The position numbers and the translations under genes were made by a program. The notes under the pieces are model-generated. The model saw only the letters and a program-made list of their open reading frames with translations. It had not been told where the DNA came from and did no database searches. From Candidatus Thorarchaeota archaeon (GTDB lineage: Archaea; Asgardarchaeota; Thorarchaeia; Thorarchaeales; Thorarchaeaceae), in the NCBI GenBank assembly GCA_016933575.1, contig JAFGAR010000101.1, positions 129,296 to 193,295 of the forward strand: a stretch of DNA of 64,000 nt, written 5' to 3'. Below, piece after piece: positions 29,627-39,024 of the stretch; positions within the stretch are counted from its first letter, which is position 1, and each line of letters opens with the position of its first letter.

Positions 29627-29761
29627 TATGGAATCAACTCAGTATGATGCATTGGGTCTATGTGCTGTTGTTTTCATCAAGTTCTTCTTAATAACTTGAC
29701 TCAATGGTTACCTTTGTACTATTGCTCCAAACTTCATCTATTGGACTTTGTCATGAATTTC

Positions 29762-30604
29762 CTAAAGACTCAGTAACTCAGTAGATAATTCAGACCCAAG
29801 TCGAACAATTTTAGGTCTAACGCGAGGACCATAAGTAGCACTAAAAATACTAATCAATCGATCATTGAAGAATAGCCTGTATCCTTCGGGAAATACTTCA
29901 TGAGCGCGAAACATCTTCTTAGCGTCAATATCTTTCATGAATCTATTGAAAGCCTCAGCACCATAGGTACGAGCTCTATCACTTCTCATGTTGGGTCTAA
30001 ATTTGAAATCATTGTCTTGGGGGTCATTCCAGACTATCTGAAAGATTACATCATCAGGAAAATTCGGATTTCTTCTGTTTCTACTCTGTATCTCTTCAAT
30101 AGTAGAGATTCCTTCTGGAATACCACCATGACATGCAAAGATAGACTTCTCATGATAGCATGCAATTGGAAGTATTTCAAACACTCTCGAATAGTGTTTG
30201 AATAAATCAAAAGAATAGACACGAGTGACCTCATTATAGAAACCATAACGAGCAGCAACATCATCGGATTCATGGTTACCCCTGAGCATTGTGACTCTTG
30301 ATGGAGAAACCAACAACAATGACATGACAAGATTGAAAGTTTCAATTTGATTAGGTCCTCGATCAGCATAGTCGCCAAGGAAGACAAAATGATGCTTCTC
30401 GTATTTTTCCATGTATCTTTTTACTGAGAGTGCGCAATCAAGTTCGCCATGAAGGTCACCTACAAATATCACATTCTTGTCAGGGATATCCACAACATTT
30501 GGACTCTCTCGATACTGATCTTGAACTAATCCAGACAAGTGCCATATTTCATCTCTCGAAAGATTGGTCTTTCCATTGAGTACAGCACTTACGGTTTCGT
30601 CCAT
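29762..30604 (-). CDS. PPP-family serine/threonine protein phosphatase
   Basis: GDLHG, GDYADRG, LRGNHE, HGG, WNDP, RAHE, SIFSATY. Confidence 0.92.
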   Translation of the reverse strand: MDETVSAVLNGKTNLSRDEIWHLSGLVQDQYRESPNVVDIPDKNVIFVGDLHGELDCALSVKRYMEKYEKHHFVFLGDYADRGPNQIETFNLVMSLLLVSPSRVTMLRGNHESDDVAARYGFYNEVTRVYSFDLFKHYSRVFEILPIACYHEKSIFACHGGIPEGISTIEEIQSRNRRNPNFPDDVIFQIVWNDPQDNDFKFRPNMRSDRARTYGAEAFNRFMKDIDAKKMFRAHEVFPEGYRLFFNDRLISIFSATYGPRVRPKIVRLGSELSTELLSL

Positions 30605-30614
30605 ATCATTACAC

Positions 30615-31118
30615 CTATTCCCAACCTAGAACCTTGACAATGATATCTAATGCCTCTTCGGGTGTTTTTGCTGAATGGACAATATCGTTTCTTCTCTCAT
30701 CGATTTGTGTTCCTGCAAGTTTTGCGGCCCATCCTCCTGAGGATTCCATTGAAACTACAAGTTTGTCCGAGAACCATGCAATAGCGATTTCACTCAAAGT
30801 ACCAGCTGAACCATCAATGGCAATAACCGCATCTCCAGCCTTTGCAACCAAGAAATTTCGCGCATATCCGAGACCGGTTGGGATTGCTATGTCGATATAC
30901 TGATTTGCATGTTCTTTGAAATCCGACGGGAGAATTCCTATGGTCAATCCATTGAATTTCTTGGCTCCTCGGGATGCTGCTTCCATGACGCCACCAAGTC
31001 CCCCAGATGCAAGGGCAATTCCCCTCTTCGCTATTTCTTCGCCTAGTTTCTCAGCAAGGGTAAGAATCTCTTCATTAGAATCTGAACCACCAATTACAGA
31101 TATTATTCTAAGAGGCAT
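30615..31118 (-). CDS. LOG family / TIGR00725 Rossmann-fold nucleotide-binding protein
   Basis: GGLGGVMEAASRGA, GILP, TGLGYARN, GSAGTLSEI. Confidence 0.88.
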   Translation of the reverse strand: MPLRIISVIGGSDSNEEILTLAEKLGEEIAKRGIALASGGLGGVMEAASRGAKKFNGLTIGILPSDFKEHANQYIDIAIPTGLGYARNFLVAKAGDAVIAIDGSAGTLSEIAIAWFSDKLVVSMESSGGWAAKLAGTQIDERRNDIVHSAKTPEEALDIIVKVLGWE

Positions 31119-31128
31119 AATCAGGCTC

Positions 31129-32268
31129 TCATTTTTTCTTCATTGATTTCTCAAGAGCATGAAGTTTTCTTTTGAGCATATTGTAAGCGGATTCAGGTAG
31201 TTTCCCATCCTCGACTCTTTTGAGTGCAATCTCCATCAATGACTTCTTTCCATAAAGGTCTCTCTTATCCGCTGATATAAGCTTGAGAAAATCATCGGAT
31301 TCAATGATTTCTGATTGTGGGTCGAATTTTCCGCAAAAGCTTGCCCGTTGTATTTGCATTTTAACATGGTTTGGTATATTTCTCTCATTGAGAGCAATGA
31401 TTTTAGCTACTGTCAATAGAGCTCTTTGACCAATTTTCTGAGAGGACCATCCAGAATCTACAGCAATTATACAGAGCTTTGTATTTCTCTTGCAGTCATT
31501 AAGGCAATAATCACATATCTTTGGTTCTAATTTTACTATTCCAGACCTTAAGGAAATCAATGCTTTTCCCTCAGTCAATTCTACAACACATGACTCGCCT
31601 ATCATACGTACTCCTTGATCCAGTAGTATCCGTTGTATCTCATCTACCTCATCATCAGTTGATTCTGGTTCAGAACTAGATTGTAGTGCTGGTTCATATG
31701 CTGGGCATCTATCCTCGTTAAGTGTAATGATTGTTGGAATGTCTTCTTCAATTTGCCCTCTTTTAGTTAGTCTTTGCGCAACAATCTGGATGATATCTGA
31801 TATCTCATGAGCATCAGAATGCTGATAGGTTTCAACCGATGATGCAATAAACTCCTTAACTCTCAATTCTGCATCATCACTCTGACCAAGAACTAATACA
31901 AATGTATTTGATTTAATATTCAGAGAGAGTGAACTGAGAATATTGTGTAGCTCAACGAGATCTTCAGATCTTAAGACAACAATAACTGCACGGTGTCCTT
32001 TTATGAAGTTCTGGCTAAGACCTGCGACCCGTTCATTTTGAGGTATTGCCCATAGTTGAAGAATAATACTAAACTCATCATAATCTTCGTATTTAGCTAC
32101 TCCAAGACTGAGACCCAGACTATTGTATAACTGATTTGACACTAAATTTCCTGATGCTTGTGATAAGAAACCGGTCTGTAAACTAAGGTTTCTACCTACT
32201 ACTAAGACTTTGTAAATCATTCTGGCTTTTAGTATCTGCGTAGACATTCTCACTAATACACTACACAT
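31129..32268 (-). CDS. Degenerate Rab/Roc-like G-domain protein with Cys-rich domain and SHOCT-like C-terminus
   Basis: YKVLVVG...LQLWAIPQNERVAGLSQNFIKGHRAVIVV follows Rab topology but lacks GKS/T and DxxG. CDYCLNDC cluster. Ends ...RVEDGKLPESAYNMLKRKL. Start probably ATG 32247. Confidence 0.6.
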   Translation of the reverse strand: MCSVLVRMSTQILKARMIYKVLVVGRNLSLQTGFLSQASGNLVSNQLYNSLGLSLGVAKYEDYDEFSIILQLWAIPQNERVAGLSQNFIKGHRAVIVVLRSEDLVELHNILSSLSLNIKSNTFVLVLGQSDDAELRVKEFIASSVETYQHSDAHEISDIIQIVAQRLTKRGQIEEDIPTIITLNEDRCPAYEPALQSSSEPESTDDEVDEIQRILLDQGVRMIGESCVVELTEGKALISLRSGIVKLEPKICDYCLNDCKRNTKLCIIAVDSGWSSQKIGQRALLTVAKIIALNERNIPNHVKMQIQRASFCGKFDPQSEIIESDDFLKLISADKRDLYGKKSLMEIALKRVEDGKLPESAYNMLKRKLHALEKSMKKK

Positions 32269-32338
32269 CTGTCAACTAATAACTATTGGTCAGAGAAGAA
32301 TATTCATTTCCCACAATGTCAATATCATTTTGATAACA

Positions 32339-32701
32339 ATGGTCCAATTATTTCGAGCGGAGAATAGTGAAGGTATTCCTCGTTCTGGTTACAGTGCAAG
32401 ATACATTGCAGATGTGAAATTCAGAACAAAAATAGAGAGTGGAGGATTTATTTTAGTAACCATCCCAACGGGCACATCATCAACTCCTCATTCTCATGTA
32501 GAATTAGAAGAGGTTTTTGTTGCTCTATCAGAAGTTGAATTGCACGTCAATGATACTATATTGCATCTTTCACTTGGTGATACTGTTATTGTAGAACCCG
32601 GGGAGAATCATTCTTTCAGAGGAATTGGTCATTCAGATAGCATTATTCTCGCTATTAAATTTCCAAATATCAAGGATGATAAGATTGTACCATCTTCTTA
32701 G
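32339..32701 (+). CDS. Cupin-domain protein
   Basis: PHSHVELEEVF and GDTVIVEPGENHSF cupin motifs. Confidence 0.85.
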   Translation: MVQLFRAENSEGIPRSGYSARYIADVKFRTKIESGGFILVTIPTGTSSTPHSHVELEEVFVALSEVELHVNDTILHLSLGDTVIVEPGENHSFRGIGHSDSIILAIKFPNIKDDKIVPSS

Positions 32702-33165
32702 TATTCATCAAGATCAAATTCATCATCATCATCATCATCAAAGATGATATCAACAGATCCGATTCCACTTCTTAGATGGGATTGGGGAACTACTCTTCTG
32801 ATTACCCTATCAAACTCTCGCCATTCTCTATGACGTTTATATCTACCAAAGAAGCCTGCAATGGTCACAGCAGCAAATGCAAGTACACCTGTGAGAATTA
32901 GTTCAATTCTTGAATCGAACATACTTGATCCTGCACTTAAGGCTAATACAAGAATTCCACCAAGAATTAGAATGTTTAAAGAACAGTCACAAGTTATATT
33001 GAGTTGTGGCGGACCAACTTGAAAATCATCGGGATCAGTACCTGGTGCTAAATTGAGATAGTAATTGAAAATAGCTGTTGCTAGAATGACTACAATCAAT
33101 ATCACAAAGATTAGTGGATCCACCTTTCTATCCTTCCGTTTCAATAGACTAATCAGGTCCTGCAA
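32698..33165 (-). CDS. Hypothetical 3-TM membrane protein with acidic C-terminal tail
   Basis: Three hydrophobic segments and tail DDDDDDEFDLDEY. Overlaps the PIN gene by 17 nt. Confidence 0.65.
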   Translation of the reverse strand: MQDLISLLKRKDRKVDPLIFVILIVVILATAIFNYYLNLAPGTDPDDFQVGPPQLNITCDCSLNILILGGILVLALSAGSSMFDSRIELILTGVLAFAAVTIAGFFGRYKRHREWREFDRVIRRVVPQSHLRSGIGSVDIIFDDDDDDEFDLDEY

Positions 33166-34957
33166 CTTTCAAGCAACTGAATCCATATTCACCTTCATAT
33201 GAAATTTCTGCATGCTCATCAGGTACGATTGTCACTACTATAGAATACTCTTTGACTACATCAGTTTTTGCATTTGAGACTTCAAATTCACCATTTGTAA
33301 GTGCAATCTTGTGTCCTGTTTTCAGGCTCCTCAGTTCTGGATGATTCTTAATACTGATAGCTATTCGTGATTGAAGACTCTCATTTCGCACGATAAGGAC
33401 TTCCTCTCCATCAATCGTTTCTAGAGACAATACATCCATCCATCCTCGTAAATCATCAGAGATCTTATCTATTGGAACAAATCCTTTTGTAGATATATTA
33501 TCAATATGAGGAAGTTGACCTTGAACTTCATTCAATATTGGAGTGACTAGGTTAGTACTCCATTCCTTCTTAATGAATGCTTTCAAAGCATGCTCGGATA
33601 TCTTCTCCAGAGCTGGTTTGAATCTATCATGAGATGATGATGATACTTTATACAGCATTCTGAATGATGAAAGAGCACCTTCCTCTTTGTTATAAGCGAC
33701 ACCTATCTTGTATGCAGTCACAGCGAGTTGCCATGCATTGTCATGATCATCAAACAGGAGGCTGTATTTTGCGATGTCATTCAATAGACCAATTGTAACG
33801 TCTGGAAATTGCAGTTTTGTCTTAGTAAGACTGAAATTCCCCAAGACTTCTGAGCGTAAAACTTGCATGGTGATGTAAAATCCTTCAGTGGTTTCCATCA
33901 TTTCATCAAGACCGATTCTATTGATCATAGAATCATAAAGACTGTAAAAATAATCAATCTCATTATAGTCCTCTCTTATGAGAGCAAGCAGGATTCTAGT
34001 GAAAAACACTGAAGCTTTGAGCTCATCATTTGCCACTTCTGCGAACATCAATAATCTGAATGCTTCTTCGCTTACGGTCAAGGCATCCTCGATTCCCTCA
34101 CGTGTGCCGCGATAAAGGTGGCAAATCATTTCCAAGTAATAGAGGAACAGTGTTAGGTCGGAGGCATGACCAACAAGTTTTCCATGCGTCTCTGCGTTTT
34201 CAGTAAGCGTAGATACTATCAGAAGTCGTTCAATCTCATTCTGTACTGCTTCAATTTCAACAGCTAGAGTATCATATTTCCCTTGTCTAAAGTCCTCGAA
34301 CATGTTGGGAATATCTGCTTTAATATCCTCCAAGAAATCTAAAACGAAAAGAGGTTGACCCTTAGATAGTTGTCTATCAACACCCTCAGCTGGCCTCTTT
34401 ACCGTTCTGAGTACGCGGAGAGCATGATCTTCAATAATACGAATTCTCGTCACGGGGTCGTACGATTCTTGTCTTGAAATACTGTATCGTACTTCCTCTG
34501 CATAAATCCGGTCTCTAATTGGACTCAATGCCTTCTTGATCTCATCATCATTGACCGATTCCATAAGCTCAAGCACGTAAGCAGAGCCTACGATGCCTTC
34601 TACTTCAACTTTGAGATCTTGAATGGTGTTGAGTAGTTTCATATCACTTGTAACTATCTTTGACTTCTTAGTACGCATCGCTGCCAATATCAGAGACATG
34701 TCATTTGGTTGAGGCAGTGATGAGTCAGGACGGTTGATGCTATCAATGAATGATTTGATATCTTTTGATAGAGTTTCATCGATTAGAATGATCTTTTCAA
34801 CTTCCCTTCTCAGATACCAACGTAGTTCCTGAAAGACCTGTCTTGTTATCCATAATTCAGCTCCAATCTTATCCGCAGCTTTTTTCACAATTGTAATGTC
34901 TGTTGGTCTATCTGCGAAGCCACTGATGAAAAAGTTGGCATCAAGGTATACTCTCAT
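33149..34957 (-). CDS. PIN-domain nuclease fused to a long helical (TPR-like) region and a beta-rich C-terminal domain
   Basis: VYLDANFF, ITRQVFQEL, NDMSLILAA, IVTSD: all four PIN acidic positions are present. Confidence 0.75.
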   Translation of the reverse strand: MRVYLDANFFISGFADRPTDITIVKKAADKIGAELWITRQVFQELRWYLRREVEKIILIDETLSKDIKSFIDSINRPDSSLPQPNDMSLILAAMRTKKSKIVTSDMKLLNTIQDLKVEVEGIVGSAYVLELMESVNDDEIKKALSPIRDRIYAEEVRYSISRQESYDPVTRIRIIEDHALRVLRTVKRPAEGVDRQLSKGQPLFVLDFLEDIKADIPNMFEDFRQGKYDTLAVEIEAVQNEIERLLIVSTLTENAETHGKLVGHASDLTLFLYYLEMICHLYRGTREGIEDALTVSEEAFRLLMFAEVANDELKASVFFTRILLALIREDYNEIDYFYSLYDSMINRIGLDEMMETTEGFYITMQVLRSEVLGNFSLTKTKLQFPDVTIGLLNDIAKYSLLFDDHDNAWQLAVTAYKIGVAYNKEEGALSSFRMLYKVSSSSHDRFKPALEKISEHALKAFIKKEWSTNLVTPILNEVQGQLPHIDNISTKGFVPIDKISDDLRGWMDVLSLETIDGEEVLIVRNESLQSRIAISIKNHPELRSLKTGHKIALTNGEFEVSNAKTDVVKEYSIVVTIVPDEHAEISYEGEYGFSCLKVAGPD

Positions 34958-35199
34958 TCGTTCATGTCTCCATCATATATTGGTCTGTCCAGCTAAGGTC
35001 CTGAATTTGAAACTTCTTCTCTCAGGGTTTTGTTTCACAGAACTGCTCTCATAAAGGTCTTCTGCTACTTGCCTTGGACTTTATACAAAACGTGTGAGTT
35101 GATGGAAAAAGGTTTTGATTACGTACTTAGTTTCTGAAGATTTCCATTAAACATGGTACTATCGAGTTAGACTGATTTCCAATGGTCGTCATAGAACGG

Positions 35200-35239
35200 T
35201 TTTTATGCATTAATGTTATCTCATATTATGATATAACAT
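35200..35239 (+). promoter_or_regulatory. TATA-like element followed by a 27-bp near-perfect palindrome (putative operator)
   Basis: TTTTTATGC, then ATGTTATCTCATATTATGATATAACAT (35213-35239) with 12 of 13 arm positions complementary. Confidence 0.4.
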
Positions 35240-35342
35240 CTTTCAAAGGGAAGATGTGCTAGCGAAAAAAGACAATAAAATATTGGAGGTCTCATCGACC
35301 ACAAGGTATAACTGTTAATGCTTCCAATGTTTTACTGACGAA

Positions 35343-35496
35343 GGGCGCAGCATATCATTATGTGAGTCGTCGTTTACTTTGGCGTGCAGTAAACAACTCG
35401 CAGCAACTTCAAAATGAGTTGACTGGAAAGCGGTGTACATAATATTTAGGTGGTGGCGCGGCAAATACACTGCTTTGCTCACATGACGTTGCGCCC
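35343..35496 (+). ncRNA. Candidate multi-branched structured RNA / riboswitch-like leader (~155 nt)
   Basis: Nested stems: 35343-51/35488-96, 35360-67/35477-84, 35372-78/35388-94, 35404-09/35416-21, 35427-37/35466-76. G-U pairs favour the plus strand. Confidence 0.5.
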
Positions 35497-35586
35497 ACCC
35501 TCTAATTCTCTAATACTTGTTCAAAGCTAAATAATGCGCTAACAAGCGAGCTAATTAAGGGAAAATTTACAGAGGGCAGGATTACA

Positions 35587-36147
35587 ATGGTCCTCCGAAA
35601 ATCCCATGTATTATTTTCCTTAATCCTCTCATTATTTCTGGTCCAAGGAATCATGATGACAAATAGTCAACCAATAGTCAATAGCGGCAATCTAATACTT
35701 TCAGAGGATAACCATCAAATCGCCGCAAGTCCATCTATCTGGAGTTCTGGAATTTTGGGTCGTGCAAATGAGAGCGATCCATTCACTGTTTGGGCTAATG
35801 TCACTGATGATGATGAGGATCTCGTCAATGTGACTGTTCATGTCAATGGTCCAAATGCAACATTGCATGAAATCATGACATTTAATGGGACATACTATGA
35901 GAGAGATATGAACCCACTCCCAAATCCTGGTACATTTGATATCTATGTGTCAGCAATTGATACCCAGAATAATACAAGAATTGGTAGACATATTTCAGTG
36001 ACCATACTTGAGGATATTCCAGATCCTGTTGATCCTATTATCACATTACCTATCGTCGTTATTTCAAGTATAGCGCTTGGTGCTGTAGTCTTCATAATAG
36101 CACTACAATATGAAAAGAGACAGCAGATGGGTAATCAATCTATTTAG
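35587..36147 (+). CDS. Small membrane-anchored protein with one Ig-like domain
   Basis: Signal peptide, FTVWANVTDDDEDLVNVTVH (similar to the Ig module of the protease at 6702), C-terminal TM. Confidence 0.75.
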   Translation: MVLRKSHVLFSLILSLFLVQGIMMTNSQPIVNSGNLILSEDNHQIAASPSIWSSGILGRANESDPFTVWANVTDDDEDLVNVTVHVNGPNATLHEIMTFNGTYYERDMNPLPNPGTFDIYVSAIDTQNNTRIGRHISVTILEDIPDPVDPIITLPIVVISSIALGAVVFIIALQYEKRQQMGNQSI

Positions 36148-36240
36148 AAAGAAATCTATCAAAATAGCAGATTTTGATATATGAATAATCCATGCGCTTT
36201 ATATACATTCAAGAAAGTGACCCCATGAGTTCTCTGAGAC

Positions 36241-39024
36241 ATGTTCAAGTATGCCTTCAAACGAGTTGTCCGCAGCTATCGACTCTTTATTGCTTTGACA
36301 ATTGGGGTTCTTCTTGCGACCACCTTCTTTGCATCAACAAATGTAGCTGCAGATATTCTTTCGAAGGATGCACTGAATGCAACTGTTGATGGAATATTAT
36401 ATGATTTTGATGTGGATTCGGTAAGATCAAACTGGACAACTAATGACATAGACGAATTGACAGAAGAAATAGAGACCTTAGATGGTATAATTGACACATC
36501 TCGTTCATCAAAATTCACTTTTGATTATAATGGCACTGGTACGAACATGACTCTTGCAGGGATACAAACAGATTCGGACCTGGCTTCGGGTCTACAAGTA
36601 ATATCTGGGAGTTCCACACTTGGTCCTAACGAGACATATGTTGTCCAAGGTTCTGAGAATGAATCGTTATTTTCACTCGGTCAGGTTATTGAAGTTGAGG
36701 TCAGTGTAAATCGAGGTTTCGCGCCTCCATATATTATCTCTAGAAATCTTACAGTAGTCGGTTATGTAGCTCTTCCAGAACGAAATCGTAATGCAATACT
36801 CCCATCTAGTGGTGGATTATTAGCATTGCTTGCTGGTCTAGGTGGTGGTGCACGAGGCTTTATGGTTGATATATCCTACAACTTACTCGTAGCTGATTGG
36901 GATATGGTGTTTGCCTCAATCCTGATAGAGGCAGAATCAATTGAGGAACATTTCTATGTAGGACTCACAAATTCAATCCATCTTCAGATTAACCGGGATG
37001 CGTATCTGAATCCATATGATATAACAAACTCTGTTGATAGAATTGGAGATCTTGGTGATATTATCAGTTCGCGAACTGATCCCTATGGCGGTGATGTAAC
37101 ATCAAACCTTCAATTTCCTCTACTTATTTATCAGATTACTCAATTGGCGATGAGTATTCAATTTCTCACACTATCTTTACCGATCTTCCTTCTTTCATAC
37201 TTTACTGGAACAATGGTCAGTGACGTTGGTTATAATTTCCGGAGAAGAGAGATTGGTCTTCTTCTCACAAAGGGGTATGAACGTGGAACAATAAAACGTA
37301 TGTTCTTAATTGAAGGTGCACTCATTGGAGCAATTGCTGGAGCTATCTCTATTTTCTTGGGTACTGCCTCAGCCTATTATATACTCGGAGTTTCAGATGT
37401 TAATATTCTACAAGCTATCGTCAATAATCTTGTATCAGTAATTCTTGCTGTCATCCTGGGTTTATTCCTAGGACTTCTTTCTGTATGGCGTCCTGCAGGA
37501 CGTGCATCAAAACTAGAGATTCTTGATGCTCTAAAACAATATATCCTAGTTGAAGAGACGTCAGAATATAAACGATTGTTACCTACCATTTCTCTGATTC
37601 TAGGGACTTACAAACTCGCAGTCTGGACACTTGGAATAGATATGAACGGACTCCTAGGAAGCATAACTTTTGGTAATCTATTCATAGCAATTGTCATTAT
37701 AGCTTGGTTATCAGTTGATAGTATATTGAACATCATAGGCCCCTTACTGTTTCTTTACGGTGCTACAAAGGTGTTCATTAGAGGATCTCAAAAGTTCCAA
37801 GAAGCCGTGATGAATGCAGGTAGAAGATTCTTTGGTGCTTTTGGTAATCTAGCGACAAGAAATGTCAAGCGTCATCCTGCTCGTAATGCAACTTTGGTAT
37901 TTATTGCTGCATTGATTGTATCATATGGGATTTTTGCAACGGGTAGCTTGTACTCTCAATATGACTACACTGAACGGATTGCGAGATTCGATGTTGGTGC
38001 CGATGTTCGTCTAGAACTCAATTTTGGTGCTAATATAACGCAAATACTGAATGACACTGCTAGTTACGATTCAGTTTTAGCAGTGACACCAGAATACGCT
38101 CTTGATCTTCAATCTGGAACTAATTCTATTGAAACCAGAGGAATCAGACCCAACGAATGGAGAAATGTTGCTTACTGGGAATCAGAATGGTTCATTGGTG
38201 ACATTGATCAGATGTTTCAGGATTTGAATGATGATGGTATCATTTTATCATTAGATGTGGCTAGAAACCTCGATCTCGAAGTAGGAGATGTGCTTTATGT
38301 ACAAGGGCCATTTAGTTCTAGCACTCATGCACTTACAATCGTAGGCTTGATTGGATATCTGTCATCAATTGAACAGATCATTGGTGGATTTGAATTTACT
38401 CAATCTGGAGATTATATCTCTCTTGTTTCTGAAGACTTCTTAAATTCCACCAACCTCATCTATACTTCAACTGCAAATATCCTGATTGATACAAATGATT
38501 CTACAAATGGCACTCTTCTTCAGGAGCAACTTGCGATTGAGATTGGTGATGTTTATGCAAGCTATTCAGTAACGACTGAACTGGCTGACTATCAAACAAG
38601 CGTCATTAGAAGTGGTACAACCAAGATTCAGTGGTTGGCAATAACATTTGCAATTATTTTAGCTATGGTTGGTACAGCACTTGTTGTGATTCTTACACTT
38701 CAGGAAAAAGATGCTGAGATCGCTCTATTATCAGTCCGTGGATTCAGTAAGTTGCAGTTGTTCAAGACACTATTGGCTGAGGTGATGGTGACCGTTCTCT
38801 TTGCTCTTCTTCTTGGTGTGTTGGTGGGTTATATAGAGAACATCGGTCAAATTGCGTCATTGAATGAGGGTGCTACAGGGTTAATACGTTATAGAATTGC
38901 TCTGGGAGGTGCTGCTGGCAACACTATACTGATACTCCTGTCTGTTGTACTACTTGCAGCTATCGTTCCTGTCTGGTGGTCCTCTCGAAGACCGGAATCG
39001 AAAGTGGACATTTTGAGGGCTTAG
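36241..39024 (+). CDS. ABC transporter permease, FtsX/MacB-like (two FtsX domains)
   Basis: RRREIGLLLTKG and EKDAEIALLSVRG motifs, two extracytoplasmic domains, about 10 TM helices. Confidence 0.9.
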   Translation: MFKYAFKRVVRSYRLFIALTIGVLLATTFFASTNVAADILSKDALNATVDGILYDFDVDSVRSNWTTNDIDELTEEIETLDGIIDTSRSSKFTFDYNGTGTNMTLAGIQTDSDLASGLQVISGSSTLGPNETYVVQGSENESLFSLGQVIEVEVSVNRGFAPPYIISRNLTVVGYVALPERNRNAILPSSGGLLALLAGLGGGARGFMVDISYNLLVADWDMVFASILIEAESIEEHFYVGLTNSIHLQINRDAYLNPYDITNSVDRIGDLGDIISSRTDPYGGDVTSNLQFPLLIYQITQLAMSIQFLTLSLPIFLLSYFTGTMVSDVGYNFRRREIGLLLTKGYERGTIKRMFLIEGALIGAIAGAISIFLGTASAYYILGVSDVNILQAIVNNLVSVILAVILGLFLGLLSVWRPAGRASKLEILDALKQYILVEETSEYKRLLPTISLILGTYKLAVWTLGIDMNGLLGSITFGNLFIAIVIIAWLSVDSILNIIGPLLFLYGATKVFIRGSQKFQEAVMNAGRRFFGAFGNLATRNVKRHPARNATLVFIAALIVSYGIFATGSLYSQYDYTERIARFDVGADVRLELNFGANITQILNDTASYDSVLAVTPEYALDLQSGTNSIETRGIRPNEWRNVAYWESEWFIGDIDQMFQDLNDDGIILSLDVARNLDLEVGDVLYVQGPFSSSTHALTIVGLIGYLSSIEQIIGGFEFTQSGDYISLVSEDFLNSTNLIYTSTANILIDTNDSTNGTLLQEQLAIEIGDVYASYSVTTELADYQTSVIRSGTTKIQWLAITFAIILAMVGTALVVILTLQEKDAEIALLSVRGFSKLQLFKTLLAEVMVTVLFALLLGVLVGYIENIGQIASLNEGATGLIRYRIALGGAAGNTILILLSVVLLAAIVPVWWSSRRPESKVDILRA

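Noticed and set aside
35256-35441. Small ORFs in the 35-kb spacer (20-aa GTG ORF; an open stretch after GGAGG at 35285)
   Set aside because: The longer frame has no suitably placed start codon after the GGAGG and the short one has no support. RNA structure explains the region better.
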